Part shown: piece after piece, positions 39,601 to 54,600 of the stretch | Layout: each line of letters begins with the position of its first letter | Position numbering within the stretch: position 1 is the first letter of the stretch | Source of the DNA: Eledone cirrhosa | Lineage: Eukaryota | Assembly: GCA_964016885.1 (NCBI GenBank) | Contig: OZ024742.1 | Coordinates: forward strand, 39,556,001 to 39,620,000 | Length of the DNA stretch: 64,000 bases | Direction: 5' to 3' | Position numbers and translations under genes: made by a program | Notes under the pieces: generated by a model | Databases searched by the model: none | Seen by the model: the letters and a program-made list of their open reading frames with translations, nothing else | Told to the model about the DNA's origin: nothing

Positions 39601-42600
39601 GTATGTATGTGTGTTTGTATATTAACTGTGTTGTATGTATGTGTGTTTGTATATTAACTGTGTTGTATGTATGTGTGTTTGTATATTAACTGTGTTGTAT
39701 ATATGTGTGTGTGTATATTAACTGTGTTGTATGTATGTGTGTTTGTATATTAACTGTGTTGTATGTATGTATATGTTTGTATATTAACTGTGTTGTATGT
39801 ATGTATATGTTTGTATATTAACTGTGTTGTATGTTTGTATATGTTTGTATATTAACTGTGCTGTACGTATGTATATGTTTGTATATTAACTATGTTGTAT
39901 GTATGTGTGTTTGTATATTAACTGTGTTGTATGTATGTTTGTATATTAACTGTGTTGTATGTATGTATGTGTGTACATTAACTGAGTTCTATGTATGTGT
40001 GTTTGTATATTAACTGTGTTGCATGTATATGTTTGTATATTAACTGTGTTGTATGTATGTGTGTTTGTATATTAACTGTGTTGCATGTATGTGTGTTTGT
40101 ATATTAACTGTGTTGCATGCATATGTTTGTATATTAACTGTGTTGTATGTATGTGTGTTTGTATATTAACTGTGTTGTATGTATGTGTGTGTGTATATTG
40201 ACTGTGTTGTATGTATATATGTTTGTATATTAACTATGGTTTATGTATGTATATGTTTGTATATTAACTGTGTTGTATGTATGTGTGTGTGTATATTAAC
40301 TGTGTTGTATGTATGTATATGTTTGTATATTAACTGTGTTGCATTTATATGTTTTTATATTAACTGTGTTGTATGTATGTGTGTTTTTATATTAACTGTG
40401 TTGTATGTATGTGTGTTTGTATATTAACTGTGTTGTATGTATGTGTGTTTGTATATTAACTGTGTTGTATGTATTTGTGTTTGTATATTAACTGAGTTGT
40501 ATGTATGTGTGTTTCTATATTAACTGTGTTGTATGTATGTATATGTTTGTGTATTAACTGTGTTGTGTGTATGTGTGTTTGTATATTAACTGTGTTGTAT
40601 GTATGTGTGTTTGTATATTAACTGTGTTGTATGTATGTATATGTTTCTATATTAACTGTGTTGTATGTATGTATGTGTGTTTCTATATTAACTGTGTTGT
40701 ATGTATATATGTTTGTATATTAACTGTGTTGTATGTATGTGTGTTTGTATATTAACTGTGTTGTATGTGTGTATATGTTTGTATATTAACTGTGTTGTAT
40801 GTATGTGTGTTTGTATATTAACTGTGTTGTATGTGTGTTTGTATATTAACTGTGTTGTATGTATGTGTGTTTGTATATTAACTGTGTTGTATGTATGTGT
40901 GTTTGAATATTAACTGTGTTGTATGTATGTGTGTTTGTATATTAACTGTGTTGTATGTGTATATATGTTTGTATATTAACTGTGTTGTATGTATGTATAT
41001 GTTTCTATATTAACTGTGTTGTATGTATGTATTTGTATATTAACTGTGTTTTATGTATGTGTGTTTGTATATTAACTGTGTTGTATGTTTGTGTGTTTGT
41101 ATATTAACTATGTTGTATGTATGTATATGTTTGTATATTAACTGTGTTGTATGTATGTATATGTTTGTATGTTAACTGTGTTGTATGTATGTGTGTTTGT
41201 ATATTAACTGTGTTGTATGTATGTATATGTTTGTATATTAACTGTGTTGTATGTATGTATATGTTTGTATATTAACTGTGTTGTATGTATGTGTGTTTGT
41301 ATATTAACTGTGTTGTATGTATGTGTGTTTGTATATTAACTGTGTTGTATGTATGTGTGTTTGTATATTAACTGTGTTGTATGTATGTATATGTTTGTAT
41401 ATTCACTGTGTTGTATGTATGTATATGTTTGTATATTAACTGTGTTGTATGTATGTATATGTTTGTATATTAACTGTGTTTTATGTGTGTGTGTTTGTAT
41501 ATTAATTGTGTTGTATGTATGTGTGTTTGTATATTAACTGTGTTGTATGTATGTATATGTTTGTATAGTAACTGTGTTGTACGTATGTGTGTTTGTATAT
41601 TAACTGTGTTGTATGTATGTGTGTTTGCATATTAACTGTGTTGTATGTATGTATATGTTTGTGTATTAACTGTGTTGTATGTATGTGTGTTTGTATATTA
41701 ACTGTGTTGTATGTATGTGTGTTTGTATATTAACTGTGTTGTATGTATGTGTGTTTGTATATTAACTGTGTTGTATGTATGTGTGTTTGTATATTAACTG
41801 TGTTGTATGTATGTGTGTTTGTATATTAACTGTGTTGTATGTATGTGTGTTTGTATATTAACTGAGTTGTATGTATGTGTGTTTCTATATTAACTGTGTT
41901 GTATGTATATATGTTTGTATATTAACTGTGTTGTATGTATGTGTGTTTGTATATTAACTGTGTTGTATGTATGTATATGTTTGTGTATTAACTGTGTTGT
42001 ATGTATGTGTGTTTGTATATTAACTGTGTTGTATGTGTGTGTGTTTGTATATTAACTGTGTTGTATGTATGTGTGTTTGTATATTAACTGTGTTGTATGT
42101 ATGTATATGTTTCTATATTAACTGTGTTGTATGTATGTATATGTGTTTCTATATTAACTTTGTTGTATGTATATATGTTTGTATATTAACTGTGTTGTAT
42201 GTATGTGTGTTTGTATATTAACTGTGTTGTATGTATGTGTGTTTGTATATTAACTGTGTTGTATGTGTGTATATGTTTGTATATTAACTGTGTTGTATGT
42301 ATGTGTGTTTGTATATTAACTGTGTTGTATGTGTGTTTGTATATTAACTGTGTTGTATGTATGTATATGTTTGTGTATTAACTGTGTTGTATGTATGTGT
42401 GTTTGTATATTAACTGTGTTGTATGTATGTGTGTTTGTATATTAACTGTGTTGTATGTATGTATATGTTTGTGTATTAACTGTGTTGTATGTATGTGTGT
42501 TTGTATATTAACTGTGTTGTATGTATGTGTGTTTGTATATTAACTGTGTTGTATGTATGTGTGTTTGTATATTAACTGTGTTGTATGTATGTGTGTTTGT

Positions 42601-45600
42601 ATATTAACTGTGTGGTATGTGTGTATATGTTTGTATATTAACTGTGTTGTATGTATGTATATGTTTCTATATTAACTGTGTTGTATGTATGTGTGTTTGT
42701 ATATTAACTGTGTTGTATGTATGTGTGTTTGTATATTAACTGTGTTGTATGTTTGTGTGTTTGTATATTAAGTATGTTGTATGTATGTATATGTTTGTAT
42801 ATTAACTGTGTTGTATGTATGTATATGTTTGTATATTAACTGTGTTGTATGTATGTGTGTTTGTATATTAACTGTGTTGTATGTATGTATATGTTTGTAT
42901 ATTAACTGTGTTGTATGTATGTATATGTTTGTATATTAACTGTGTTGTATGTATGTGTGTTTGTATATTAACAGTGTTGTATGTATGTGTGTTTGTATAT
43001 TAACTGTGTTGTATGTATGTGTGTTTGTATATTAACTGTGTTGTATGTATGTATATGTTTGTATATTCACTGTGTTGTATGTATGTATATGTTTGTATAT
43101 TAACTGTGTTGTATGTATGTATATGTTTGTATATTAACTGTGTTGCATGTATGTGTGTTTCTATATTAACTGTGTTGTATGTATGTGTGTTTGTATATTA
43201 ACTGTGTTTTATGTGTGTGTGTTTGTATATTAACTGTGTTGTATGTATGTGTGTTTGTATATTAACTGTGTTGTATGTATGTATATGTTTGTATAGTAAC
43301 TGTGTTGTACGTATGAGTGTTTGTATATTAACTGTGTTGTATGTATGTGTGTTTGTATATTAACTGTGTTGTATGTATGTATATGTTTGTGTATTAACTG
43401 TGTTGTATGTATGTATGTTTGTATATTAACTGTGTTCTATGTATGTGTGTTTGTATATTAACTGTGTTGTATGTATGTGTGTTTGTATATTAACTGTGTT
43501 GTATGTATGTGTGTTTGTATATTAACTGTGTTGTATGTATGTGTGTTTGTATATTAACTGTGTTGTATGTATGTATATGTTTGTATATTAACTGTGTTGT
43601 ATGTATGTATGTTTGTATATTAACTGTGTTGTATATATGTGTGTTTGTATATTAACTGTGTTGTATGTATGTATGTTTGCATATTAACTGTGTTGTATGT
43701 ATGTATATGTTTGTGTATTAACTGTGTTGTATGTATGTGTGTTTGTATATTAACTGTGTTGTATGTATGTGTGTTTGTATATTAACTGTGTTGTATGTAC
43801 GTGTGTTTGTATATTAACTGTGTTGTATGTATGTATATGTTTGTATATTAACTGTGTTGTATGTATGTATGTTTGTATATTAACTGTGTTGTATGTATGT
43901 GTGTTTGTATATTAACTGTGTTGTATGTATGTATATGTTTGTATATTAACTGTGTTGTATGTATGTATGTATGTTTGAATATTAACTGTGTTGTATGTAT
44001 GTGTGGTTGTATATTAACTGTGTTGTATGTATGTGTGTTTCTATATTAACTGTGTTGTATGTATGTGTGTTTGTATATTAACTGTGTTGTATGTATGTGT
44101 GTTTGTATATTAACTGTGTTGTATGTATGTGTGTTTGTATATTAACTGTGTTGTATGTATGTGTATTTGTATATTAACTGTGTTGTTTGTTTGTATATGT
44201 TTGTATATTAACTGTGTTGTATGTATGTGTGTTTGTATATTAACTGTGTTGTATGTATGTGTGTTTGTATATTAACTGTGTCGTATGTATGTATATGTTT
44301 GTATATTAACTGTGCTGTATGTATGTATATATTTGTATATTAACTGTGTTGTATGTACGTGTGTTTGTATATTAACTATGTTGTATGTATGTGTGTTTGT
44401 ATATTAACTGTGTTGTATGTATGTATATGTTTGTATATTAACTGTGCTGTATGTATGTATATGTGTATATTAACTGTGTTGTATGTATGTATATGTTTGT
44501 ATATTAACTGTGTTGTATGTGTGTGTGTTTGTATATTAACTGTGTTGTATGTATGTGTGTTTGTATAGTAACTGTGTTGTATGTATGTGTGTTTGTATAT
44601 TAACTGTGTTGTATGTATGTGTGTTTGTATATTAACTGTGTTGTATGTGTGTATATGTTTGTATATTAACTGTGTTGTATGTATGTATATGTTTCTATAT
44701 TAACTGTGTTGTATGTATGTGTGTTTGTATATTAACTGTGTTGTATGTATGTGTGTTTGTATATTAACTGTGTTGTATGTTTGTGTGTTTGTATATTAAG
44801 TATGTTGTATGTATGTATATGTTTGTATATTAACTGTGTTGTATGTATGTATATGTTTGTATATTAACTGTGTTGTATGTATGTGTGTTTGTATATTAAC
44901 TGTGTTGTATGTATGTATATGTTTGTATATTAACTGTGTTGTATGTATGTATATGTTTGTATATTAACTGTGTTGTATGTATGTGTGTTTGTATATTAAC
45001 AGTGTTGTATGTATGTGTGTTTGTATATTAACTGTGTTGTATGTATGTGTGTTTGTATATTAACTGTGTTGTATGTATGTATATGTTTGTATATTCACTG
45101 TGTTGTATGTATGTATATGTTTGTATATTAACTGTGTTGTATGTATGTATATGTTTGTATATTAACTGTGTTGCATGTATGTGTGTTTCTATATTAACTG
45201 TGTTGTATGTATGTGTGTTTGTATATTAACTGTGTTTTATGTGTGTGTGTTTGTATATTAACTGTGTTGTATGTATGTGTGTTTGTATATTAACTGTGTT
45301 GTATGTATGTATATGTTTGTATAGTAATTGTGTTGTACGTATGAGTGTTTGTATATTAACTGTGTTGTATGTATGTGTGTTTGTATATTAACTGTGTTGT
45401 ATGTATGTATATGTTTGTGTATTAACTGTGTTGTATGTATGTATGTTTGTATATTAACTGTGTTCTATGTATGTGTGTTTGTATATTAACTGTGTTGTAT
45501 GTATGTGTGTTTGTATATTAACTGTGTTGTATGTATGTGTGTTTGTATATTAACTGTGTTGTATGTATGTGTGTTTGTATATTAACTGTGTTGTATGTAT

Positions 45601-48600
45601 GTATATGTTTGTATATTAACTGTGTTGTATGTATGTATGTTTGCATATTAACTGTGTTGTATGTATGTATATGTTTGTGTATTAACTGTGTTGTATGTAT
45701 GTGTGTTTGTATATTAACTGTGTTGTATGTATGTGTGTTTGTATATTAACTGTGTTGTATGTATGTGTGTTTGTATATTAACTGTGTTGTATGTATGTAT
45801 ATGTTTGTATATTAACTGTGTTGTATGTATGTATGTTTGTATATTAACTGTGTTGTATGTATGTGTGTTTGTATATTAACTGTGTTGTATGTATGTATAT
45901 GTTTGTATATTAACTGTGTTGTATGTATGTATGTATGTTTGAATATTAACTGTGTTGTATGTATGTGTGGTTGTATATTAACTGTGTTGTATGTATGTGT
46001 GTTTCTATATTAACTGTGTTGTATGTATGTGTGTTTGTATATTAACTGTGTTGTATGTATGTGTGTTTGTATATTAACTGTGTTGTATGTATGTGTGTTT
46101 GTATATTAACTGTGTTGTATGTATGTGTATTTGTATATTAACTGTGTTGTTTGTTTGTATATGTTTGTATATTAACTGTGTTGTATGTATGTGTGTTTGT
46201 ATATTAACTGTGTTGTATGTATGTGTGTTTGTATATTAACTGTGTCGTATGTATGTATATGTTTGTATATTAACTGTGCTGTATGTATGTATATATTTCT
46301 ATATTAACTGTGTTGTATGTACGTGTGTTTGTATATTAACTATGTTGTATGTATGTGTGTTTGTATATTAACTGTGTTGTATGTATGTATATGTTTGTAT
46401 ATTAACTGTGCTGTATGTATGTATATGTGTATATTAACTGTGTTGTATGTATGTATATGTTTGTATATTAACTGTGTTGTATGTGTGTGTGTTTGTATAT
46501 TAACTGTGTTGTATGTATGTGTGTTTGTATATTAACTGTGTTGTATGTATGTATGTGTGTACATTAACTGTGTTGTATGTATGTGTGTTTGTATATTAAC
46601 TGTGTTGCATGTATATGTCTGTATATTAACTGTGTTGTATGTATGTGTGTTTCTATATTAACTGTGTTGTATGTATGTGTGTTTGTATATTAACTGTGTT
46701 GTATGTATGTGTGTTTGTATATTAACTGTGTTGTATGTTTGTGTGATTGTATATTAAGTATGTTGTATGTATGTATATGTTTGTATATTAACTGTGTTGT
46801 ATGTATGTATATGTTTGTATATTAACTGTGTTGTATGTATGTGTGTTTGTATATTAACTGTGTTGTATGTATGTATATGTTTGTATATTAACTGTGTTGT
46901 ATGTATGTATATGTTTGTATATTAACTGTGTTGTATGTATGTGTGTTTGTATATTAACTGTGTTGTATGTATGTGTGTTTGTATATTAACTGTGTTGTAT
47001 GTACGTGTGTTTGTATATTAACTGTGTTGTATGTATGTATATGTTTGTATATTAACTGTGTTGTATGTATGTGTGTGTGTATATTAACTGTGTTGTATGT
47101 ATGTGTGTTTGTATATTAACTGTGTTGTATGTGTGTGTGTTTGTATATTATCTGTGTTGTATGTATGTGTGTTTGTATATTAACTGTGTTGTATGTATGT
47201 GTGTTTGTATATTAACTGTGTTGTATCTATGTGTGTTTGTATATCAACTGTGTTGTATGTATGTGTGTTTGTATATTAACTGTGTTGTATGTATGTGTGT
47301 TTGTATATTAACTGTGTTGTATGTATATATGTTTGTATATTAACTGTGTCGTATGTATGTATATGTTTGTATATTAACTGTGTTGTATGTATGTGTGTTT
47401 GTATATTAACTGTGTTGTATGTATGTGTGTTTGTATATTAACTGTGTTGTATGTATGTGTGTTTGTATATTAACTGTTTTGTATGTATGTGTGTTTGTAT
47501 ATTAACTGTGTTGTATGTATGTGTGTTTGTATATTAACTGTGTTGTATGTATGTGTGTTTCTATATTAACTGTGTCGTATGTATGTATATGTTTGTATAT
47601 TAACTGTGCTGTATGTATGTATATGTTTGTATATTAACTGTGTCGTATGTATATATGTTTGAATATTAACTGTGTCGTATGTATGTGTGTTTGTATATTA
47701 ACTGTGTTGTATGTATGTGTGTTTGTATATTAACTGTGTTGTATGTATGTGTGTTTGTATATTAACTGTGTTGTATGTATGTATATGTTTGTGTATTAAC
47801 TGTGTTGTATGTATGTGTGTTTGTATATTAACTGTATTGTATGTATGTATGTATATGTTTCTATATTAACTGTGTTGTATGTATGTATGTATGTATGTGT
47901 GTTTCTATATTAACTGTGTTGTATGTATATATGTTTGTATATTAACTGTGTTGTATGTATGTATATGTTTGTATATTAACTGTGTTCTATGTATGTATGT
48001 TTGTATATTAACTGTGTTGTATGTATGTGTGTTTGTATATTAACTGTGTTGTATGTATGTATATGTTTGTATATTAACTGTGTTGTATGTATGTATGTTT
48101 GTATATTAACTGTGTTGTATGTATGTGTGGTTGTATATTAACTGTGTTGTATGTATGTGTGTTTCTATATTAACTGTGTTGTATGTATGTGTGTTTGTAT
48201 ATTAACAGTGTTGTATGTATGTGTGTTTGTATATTAACTGTGTTGTATGTATGTGTGTTTGTATATTAACTGTGTTGTATGTATGTGTATTTGTATATTA
48301 ACTGTGTTGTATGTATGTATATGTTTGTATATTAACTGTGTTGTATGTATGTGTGTTTGTATATTAACTTTGTTGTATGTATGTGTGTTTGTATATTAAC
48401 TGTGTTGTATGTATGTGTGTTTGTATATTAACTGTGTTGTATGTATGTGTGTGTGTACATTAACTGTGTTGTATGTATGTGTGTTTGTATATTAACTGTG
48501 TTGCATGTATATGTATGTGTGTTTGTATATTAACTGTGTTGTATGTATGTGTGTTTGTATATCAACTGTGTTGTATGAATGTGTGTGTGTATATTAACTG

Positions 48601-51600
48601 TGTTGTATGTATGTATGTTTGTATATTAACTGTGTTGTATGTATGTGTGTTTGTATATTAACTGTGTTGTATGTATGTATATGTTTGTATATTAACTGTG
48701 TTGTATGTATGTATATGTTTGTATATTAACTGTGTTGTATGTATGTGTGTGTGTATATTAACTGTGTTGTATGTATGTGTGTTTGTATATTAACTGTGTT
48801 GTATGTGTGTGTGTTTGTATATTATCTGTGTTGTATGTATGTGTGTTTGTATATTAACTGTGTTGTATGTATGTGTGTTTGTATATTAACTGTGTTGTAT
48901 CTATGTGTGTTTGTGTATCAACTGTGTTGTATGTATGTGTGTTTGTATATTAACTGTGTTGTATGTATGTGTGTTTGTATATTAACTGTGTTGTATGTAT
49001 AAATGTTTGTATATTAACTGTGTCGTATGTATGTATATGTTTGTATATTAACTGTGTTGTATGTATGTGTGTTTGTATATTAACTGTGTTGTATGTATGT
49101 GTGTTTGTATATTAACTGTGTTGTATGTATGTGTGTTTGTATATTAACTGTTTTGTATGTATGTGTGTTTGTATATTAACTGTGTTGTATGTATGTGTGT
49201 TTGTATATTAACTGTGTTGTATGTATGTGTGTTTCTATATTAACTGTGTCGTATGTATGTATATGTTTGTATATTAACTGTGCTGTATGTATGTATATGT
49301 TTGTATATTAACTGTGTCGTATGTATATATGTTTGAATATTAACTGTGTCGTATGTATGTGTGTTTGTATATTAACTGTGTTGTATGTATGTGTGTTTGT
49401 ATATTAACTGTGTTGTATGTATGTGTGTTTGTATATTAACTGTGTTGTATGTATGTATATGTTTGTGTATTAACTGTGTTGTATGTATGTGTGTTTGTAT
49501 ATTAACTGTGTTGTATGTATGTATGTATGTATATGTTTCTATATTAACTGTGTTGTATGTATGTATGTATGTGTGTTTCTATATTAACTGTGTTGTATGT
49601 ATATATGTTTGTATATTAACTGTGTTGTATGTATGTATATGTTTGTATATTAACTGTGTTCTATGTATGTATGTTTGTATATTAACTGTGTTGTATGTAT
49701 GTGTGTTTGTATATTAACTGTGTTGTATGTATGTATATGTTTGTATATTAACTGTGTTGTATGTATGTATGTTTGTATATTAACTGTGTTGTATGTATGT
49801 GTGGTTGTATATTAACTGTGTTGTATGTATGTGTGTTTCTATATTAACTGTGTTGTATGTATGTGTGTTTGTATATTAACAGTGTTGTATGTATGTGTGT
49901 TTGTATATTAACTGTGTTGTATGTATGTGTGTTTGTATATTAACTGTGTTGTATGTATGTGTATTTGTATATTAACTGTGTTGTATGTATATATATGTTT
50001 GTATATTAACTGTGTTGTATGTATGTGTGTTTGTATATTAACTGTGTTGTATGTGTGTGTGTTTGTATATTATCTGTGTTGTATGTATGTGTGTTTGTAT
50101 ATTAAATGTTTTGTATCTATGTGTGTTTGTATATCAACTGTGTTGTATGTATGTGTGTTTGTATATTAACTGTGTTGTATGTATGTGTGTTTGTATATTA
50201 ACTGTGTTGTATGTATATATGTTTGTATATTAACTGTGTCGTATGTATGTATATGTTTGTATATTAACTGTGTTGTATGTATGTGTGTTTGTATATTAAC
50301 TGTGTTGTATGTATGTGTGTTTGTATATTAACTGTGTTGTATGTATGTGTGTTTGTATATTAACTGTTTTGTATGTATGTGTGTTTGTATATTAACTGTG
50401 TTGTATGTATGTGTGTTTGTATATTAACTGTGTTGTATGTATGTGTGTTTCTATATTAACTGTGTCGTATGTATGTATATGTTTGTATATTAACTGTGCT
50501 GTATGTATGTATATGTTTGTATATTAACTGTGTCGTATGAATATATGTTTGAATATTAACTGTGTCGTATGTATGTGTGTTTGTATATTAACTGTGTTGT
50601 ATGTATGTGTGTTTGTATATTAACTGTGTTGTATGTATATATGTTTGTATATTAACTGTGTTGTATGTATGTGTGTTTGTATATTAACTGTGTTGTATGT
50701 ATGTGTGTTTGTATATTAACTGTGTTGTATGTATGTGTGTTTGTATATTAACTGTGTTGTATGTATGTGTGTTTGTATATTAACTGTGTTGTATGTATAT
50801 ATGTTTGTATATTAACTGTGTTGTATGTATGTGTGTTTGTATATTAACTGTGTTGTATGTATGTGTGTTTGTATATTAACTGTGTCGTATGTATGTATAT
50901 GTTTGTATATTAACTTTGTTGTATGTATGTATATATTTGTATATTAACTGTGTTGTATGTATGTATATGTTTGTATATTAACAGTGCTGTATGTATGTAT
51001 ATGTTTGTATATTAACTATGTTGTATGTATGTGTGTTTGTATATTAACTGTGTTGTATGTATGTGTGTTTGTATATTAACTGTGTTGTATGTATGTATGT
51101 GTATACACTAACTGTTTTGTATGTATGTGTGTTTGTATATTAACTGTGTTGCATGTATGTGTGTTTGTATATTAACTGTGTTGCATGTATATGTTTGTAT
51201 ATTAACTGTGTTGTATGTATGTGTATTTGTATATTAACTGTGTTGTATGTATGTGTGTGTGTATATTAACTGTGTTGTATGTATATATGTTTGTATATTA
51301 ACTATGTTGTATGTATGTATATGTTTGTATATTAACTGTGTTGTATGTATGTGTGTGTGTATATTAACTGTGTTGTATGTATGTATATGTTTGTATATTA
51401 ACTGTGTTGCATGTATATGTTTGTATATTAACTGTGTTGTATGTATGTGTGTTTGTATATTAACTGTGTTGTATGTATGTGTGTTTGTATATTAACTGTG
51501 TTGTATGTATGTGTGTTTGTATATTAACTGTGTTGTATGTATGTGTGTTTGTATATTAACTGTGTTGTATATATGTGTGTGTGTATATTAACTGTGTTGT

Positions 51601-54600
51601 ATGTATGTGTGTTTGTATATTAACTGTGTTGTATGTATGTATATGTTTGTATATTAACTGTGTTGTATGTATGTATATGTTTGTATATTAACTGTGTTGT
51701 ATGTTTGTATATGTTTGTATATTAACTGTGCTGTACGTATGTATATGTTTGTATATTAACTATGTTGTATGTATGTGTGTTTGTATATTAACTGTGTTGT
51801 ATGTATGTTTGTATATTAACTGTGTTGTATGTATGTATGTGTGTACATTAACTGAGTTCTATGTATGTGTGTTTGTATATTAACTGTGTTGCATGTATAT
51901 GTTTGTATATTAACTGTGTTGTATGTATGTGTGTTTGTATATTAACTGTGTTGCATGTATGTGTGTTTGTATATTAACTGTGTTGCATGCATATGTTTGT
52001 ATATTAACTGTGTTGTATGTATGTGTGTTTGTATATTAACTGTGTTGTATGTATGTGTGTGTGTATATTAACTGTGTTGTATGTATATATGTTTGTATAT
52101 TAACTATGGTTTATGTATGTATATGTTTGTATATTAACTGTGTTGTATGTATGTGTGTGTGTATATTAACTGTGTTGTATGTATGTATATGTTTGTATAT
52201 TAACTGTGTTGCATTTATATGTTTTTATATTAACTGTGTTGTATGTATGTGTGTTTTTATATTAACTGTGTTGTATGTATGTGTGTTTGTATATTAACTG
52301 TGTTGTATGTATGTGTGTTTGTATATTAACTGTGTTGTATGTATTTGTGTTTGTATATTAACTGAGTTGTATGTATGTGTGTTTCTATATTAACTGTGTT
52401 GTATGTATGTATATGTTTGTGTATTAACTGTGTTGTGTGTATGTGTGTTTGTATATTAACTGTGTTGTATGTATGTGTGTTTGTATATTAACTGTGTTGT
52501 ATGTATGTATATGTTTCTATATTAACTGTGTTGTATGTATGTATGTGTGTTTCTATATTAACTGTGTTGTATGTATATATGTTTGTATATTAACTGTGTT
52601 GTATGTATGTGTGTTTGTATATTAACTGTGTTGTATGTGTGTATATGTTTGTATATTAACTGTGTTGTATGTATGTGTGTTTGTATATTAACTGTGTTGT
52701 ATGTGTGTTTGTATATTAACTGTGTTGTATGTATGTGTGTTTGTATATTAACTGTGTTGTATGTATGTGTGTTTGTATATTAACTGTGTTGTATGTATGT
52801 GTGTTTGTATATTAACTGTGTTGTATGTGTATATATGTTTGTATATTAACTGTGTTGTATGTATGTATATGTTTCTATATTAACTGTGTTGTATGTATGT
52901 ATTTGTATATTAACTGTGTTTTATGTATGTGTGTTTGTATATTAACTGTGTTGTATGTTTGTGTGTTTGTATATTAACTATGTTGTATGTATGTATATGT
53001 TTGTATATTAACTGTGTTGTATGTATGTATATGTTTGTATGTTAACTGTGTTGTATGTATGTGTGTTTGTATATTAACTGTGTTGTATGTATGTATACGT
53101 TTGTATATTAACTGTGTTGTATGTATGTATATGTTTGTATATTAACTGTGTTGTATGTATGTGTGTTTGTATATTAACTGTGTTGTATGTATGTGTGTTT
53201 GTATATTAACTGTGTTGTATGTATGTGTGTTTGTATATTAACTGTGTTGTATGTATGTATATGTTTGTATATTCACTGTGTTGTATGTATGTATATGTTT
53301 GTATATTAACTGTGTTGTATGTATGTATATGTTTGTATATTAACTGTGTTTTATGTGTGTGTGTTTGTATATTAATTGTGTTGTATGTATGTGTGTTTGT
53401 ATATTAACTGTGTTGTATGTATGTATATGTTTGTATAGTAACTGTGTTGTACGTATGTGTGTTTGTATATTAACTGTGTTGTATGTATGTGTGTTTGCAT
53501 ATTAACTGTGTTGTATGTATGTATATGTTTGTGTATTAACTGTGTTGTATGTATGTGTGTTTGTATATTAACTGTGTTGTATGTATGTGTGTTTGTATAT
53601 TAACTGTGTTGTATGTATGTGTGTTTGTATATTAACTGTGTTGTATGTATGTGTGTTTGTATATTAACTGTGTTGTATGTATGTGTGTTTGTATATTAAC
53701 TGTGTTGTATGTATGTGTGTTTGTATATTAACTGAGTTGTATGTATGTGTGTTTCTATATTAACTGTGTTGTATGTATATATGTTTGTATATTAACTGTG
53801 TTGTATGTATGTGTGTTTGTATATTAACTGTGTTGTATGTATGTATATGTTTGTGTATTAACTGTGTTGTATGTATGTGTGTTTGTATATTAACTGTGTT
53901 GTATGTGTGTGTGTTTGTATATTAACTGTGTTGTATGTATGTGTGTTTGTATATTAACTGTGTTGTATGTATGTATATGTTTCTATATTAACTGTGTTGT
54001 ATGTATGTATATGTGTTTCTATATTAACTTTGTTGTATGTATATATGTTTGTATATTAACTGTGTTGTATGTATGTGTGTTTGTATATTAACTGTGTTGT
54101 ATGTATGTGTGTTTGTATATTAACTGTGTTGTATGTGTGTATATGTTTGTATATTAACTGTGTTGTATGTATGTGTGTTTGTATATTAACTGTGTTGTAT
54201 GTGTGTTTGTATATTAACTGTGTTGTATGTATGTATATGTTTGTGTATTAACTGTGTTGTATGTATGTGTGTTTGTATATTAACTGTGTTGTATGTATGT
54301 GTGTTTGTATATTAACTGTGTTGTATGTATGTATATGTTTGTGTATTAACTGTGTTGTATGTATGTGTGTTTGTATATTAACTGTGTTGTATGTATGTGT
54401 GTTTGTATATTAACTGTGTTGTATGTATGTGTGTTTGTATATTAACTGTGTTGTATGTATGTGTGTTTGTATATTAACTGTGTGGTATGTGTGTATATGT
54501 TTGTATATTAACTGTGTTGTATGTATGTATATGTTTCTATATTAACTGTGTTGTATGTATGTGTGTTTGTATATTAACTGTGTTGTATGTATGTGTGTTT